Shown here: positions 61,525-64,000 of the stretch, in pieces
Numbering within the stretch: position 1 is the stretch's first letter
Layout of the letters: every line of letters begins with the position of its first letter
From: Squalus acanthias
Taxonomy: Eukaryota
Direction: 5' to 3'
Assembly (NCBI GenBank): GCA_030390025.1
Contig: JASTWF010000363.1
Location: 124,001 to 188,000, forward strand
Length of the DNA stretch: 64,000 nt
Position numbers and translations under genes: made by a program
The notes under the pieces: generated by a model
The model's database searches: none
Told to the model about the DNA's origin: nothing
What the model saw: only the letters and a program-made list of their open reading frames with translations

Positions 61525-64000
61525 CATTGGGAGCAGCAGCGGGAGCGGACCGACCTGTGAGGGAACCGGAGGCAGCGGAGCAAGTAAATAAAGCCCAAGG
61601 CTCGAGGCCCAGACCGAGGGACTGATATCCTCGCAGGGGTATTTGCTAGTGCTGTTGGGGAGGATTAAAACTAGCTTGGCAGGGGGATGGGAACCTGAGA
61701 ATAGATCCAGAAGGGAGAGAAGCAAAGCTCAAATTGGAAAGCAAAAAAGTAGAAAGTGAATTTGTAAGACAGAGGAAACAAGGGCTAGAAAATAGAAAAC
61801 AAGGGAGTTTGGCAGTGCTAAATGGTATATACTTCAATGCAAGGAGTATAGGGAATAAGGCAGATGAGCTAAGGGCACAGATAGACCCGTGGGAGTATGA
61901 TATCATAGCTATTACTGAGACATGGCTGAAAGAAGGGCAGGAATGGCAGCTTAACATTCCTGGTTACAGGGTTTTCAGACGGGATAGAGAGGGAGGTAAA
62001 AAAGGAGGTGGGGTCGCACTATTGATTAAAGAAACAATTACAGCTGTGAGGAGGGATGATATGTTAGAAGGATCATCAAATGAGGCCATATGGGTTGAGT
62101 TGAAGAACCAAAAAGGGGCGATCACACTGCTGGGAGTGTACTATAGACTCCAAACAGTCAGAGGGAGATAGCAGAGCAAGTATGTAGGCAAATTTCTGAG
62201 AAGTGCAAAAACTATAGGGCAGTAATAGCAGGGGATTTCAACTACACTAATATTAACTCGGATAAAATTAGTGTGGGACAGGAGGGTGTGACTACGAGTG
62301 AGGGAGGTATGGGGATCCAGAAGGTAGCATTGGAGGAGCCTCAGCCCTTGCACTTGTCGAACAGGTACGAGGTTCTTGCGGCCTGTGTGGATGAGATCAG
62401 GGACTGCGGGGAGGATGAGCAAACCGACCGCAGCACCGTGGTACAGGGGGCCATTCAAGTTGGGGGAGTAAAAAGAACATAAGACTCCACCGGCAAATAG
62501 GGTACGAGTAGGGAAAAATGGTAAAAAGACAACATTAAAGGCTCTTTTTCTGAATGCACACAGCATTCGTAACAACATAGATGAATTGACGGCACAAATA
62601 GAAATAAATGGGTATGATCTGATAGCCATTACAGAGACGTGGTTGCAAGGTGACCAAAGCTGGGAACTGAATATTATGGGGTATTTCACATTTCGGAATG
62701 ATAGGTAGAAAGGAAAAGGAGGTGGGGTAGCTCTGTTAATAAAGGATGAGATCAGTACAGTAGTGAGAAATGATATTGGCTCGGAAGATCAAGATGTAAA
62801 ATCAGTTTGGGAGGAGATAAGAAATAGTAAGGGAAAGAAGTCACTGGTGGGAGTAATCTATAGGCCCCCTAACAGTAGCTATACAGTAGGACAGAGTATA
62901 AATCAAGAAATAATGGGTGCTTGTAAGAGAGATACTGCAATAATCATGGGTGATTTTAATCTTCATATAGATTGGGCAAATCAAATTGGCAAAGGTAGCC
63001 TTGAGGACAAGTTCATAGAATGTATTCAGGATGAATTCTTAGAACAATACTTTGTGGAACCAACCAGGGAGCAGGCTATTTTAGATCTGGTAATGTGTAA
63101 TGAGGCAGGACAGAGTTGGCTAAAGTGGACTGGGAAAATAGGTTAAAGGGTAAGATGGTAAATAAGCAGTGGCAGACATTTAAGGAGATATTTCATAACT
63201 CTCAGCAAAGGTATATTCCAGTGAGAAGGAATGACTCTACGAGAAGGATGAACCATCCGTGGCTAACAAAGGAAGTTAAGGATGGTGTCAAATTGAAAGA
63301 AAGGGCATACAATGTTGCGAAGATTAGTGGTAGGCCAGAGGATTGGGAATTTTTTAGAAACCAACAAAGGATGACTAAAAAAATAATAAAGAGGGAGAAG
63401 ATAGATTATGAGAGTAAACTAGCAAGAATAATAAAAAAAGACAGTAAGAGCTTCTACAGGTATATAAAAAGGAAGAGAGTAGCTAAAGTAAATGTTGGTT
63501 CCTTAAAGGATGAGACTGGGGAATTAATAATGGGAAACAAAGAAATGGCAGAGACTTTGAACAAATATTTTGTATCTGTCTTCATGGTAGAAGACACTAA
63601 AAGCATCCCAATAATAGTAGATAATCAATGGGCAAAAGGGAGGGAGGAACTTAAAACAGTAACTATTACTAGAGAAAAAGTACTTGGCAAACTAATGGGA
63701 CTAAAGGGCTGACAGGTCCCCTGGACATGATGGCCTGCATCCTAGGATATTAAAAGAAGTGACTGCAGAGACAGTGGATGCATTGGTTGTAATCTACCAA
63801 GATTCTTTGCATTCTGGAAAGGTCCCAGCAGATTGGAAAACTGCAAATGTAACACCCCTATTCAAGAAAGGAGGGAGTCAGAAAACAGGTAACTATAGGC
63901 CAGTTAGCCGAACATCTGTCATTGGGAAAATGCTGGAATCCATTATTAAGGAAGTAGTAGCAGGACATTTAGAAAATCATAATACAATCAAGCAGAGTTA
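61525..64000 (+). mobile_element. Composite of CR1 5' fragments (two APE starts, ORF1 piece, RT start)
   Basis: YFNARSIGNK..AITETWL at ~61830; LHLSNRYEVL at ~62350; second APE from ~62540; runs off window. Confidence 0.88.

Overview
Repeat-rich vertebrate genomic DNA, most likely a shark or other chondrichthyan (inferred from the SINE/LINE repertoire). The host content is two head-to-tail TTC38-like genes on the + strand. Copy A contributes its last seven coding exons (760-34856) and copy B its first five (43354-60538); all have GT-AG junctions and consistent phases. The introns hold one apparently intact autonomous PIF/Harbinger transposon (6754-10954; 3-exon Myb/SANT gene plus convergent DDE transposase, TIRs, TTC TSD) nested in an older Harbinger element. 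There are about a dozen further Harbinger derivatives, CR1, L2, Tx1 and Penelope fragments, and SINEs. The main hunt results are as follows. (1) An ORF1-less LINE (48722-51531) starts with a tRNA-like A/B-box head, has no TTTT Pol III terminator on its sense strand in either of two copies, and has SINE-like internal-deletion derivatives nearby; it is a candidate Pol III-transcribed protein-coding retrotransposon system. (2) Minimal hammerhead ribozymes occur in two Penelope families. (3) Two different Harbinger elements are inserted at the same nucleotide, the hammerhead cleavage triplet. (4) There is a 63-bp templated insertion. Repeat boundaries are read by eye and approximate unless TIR/TSD coordinates are given.
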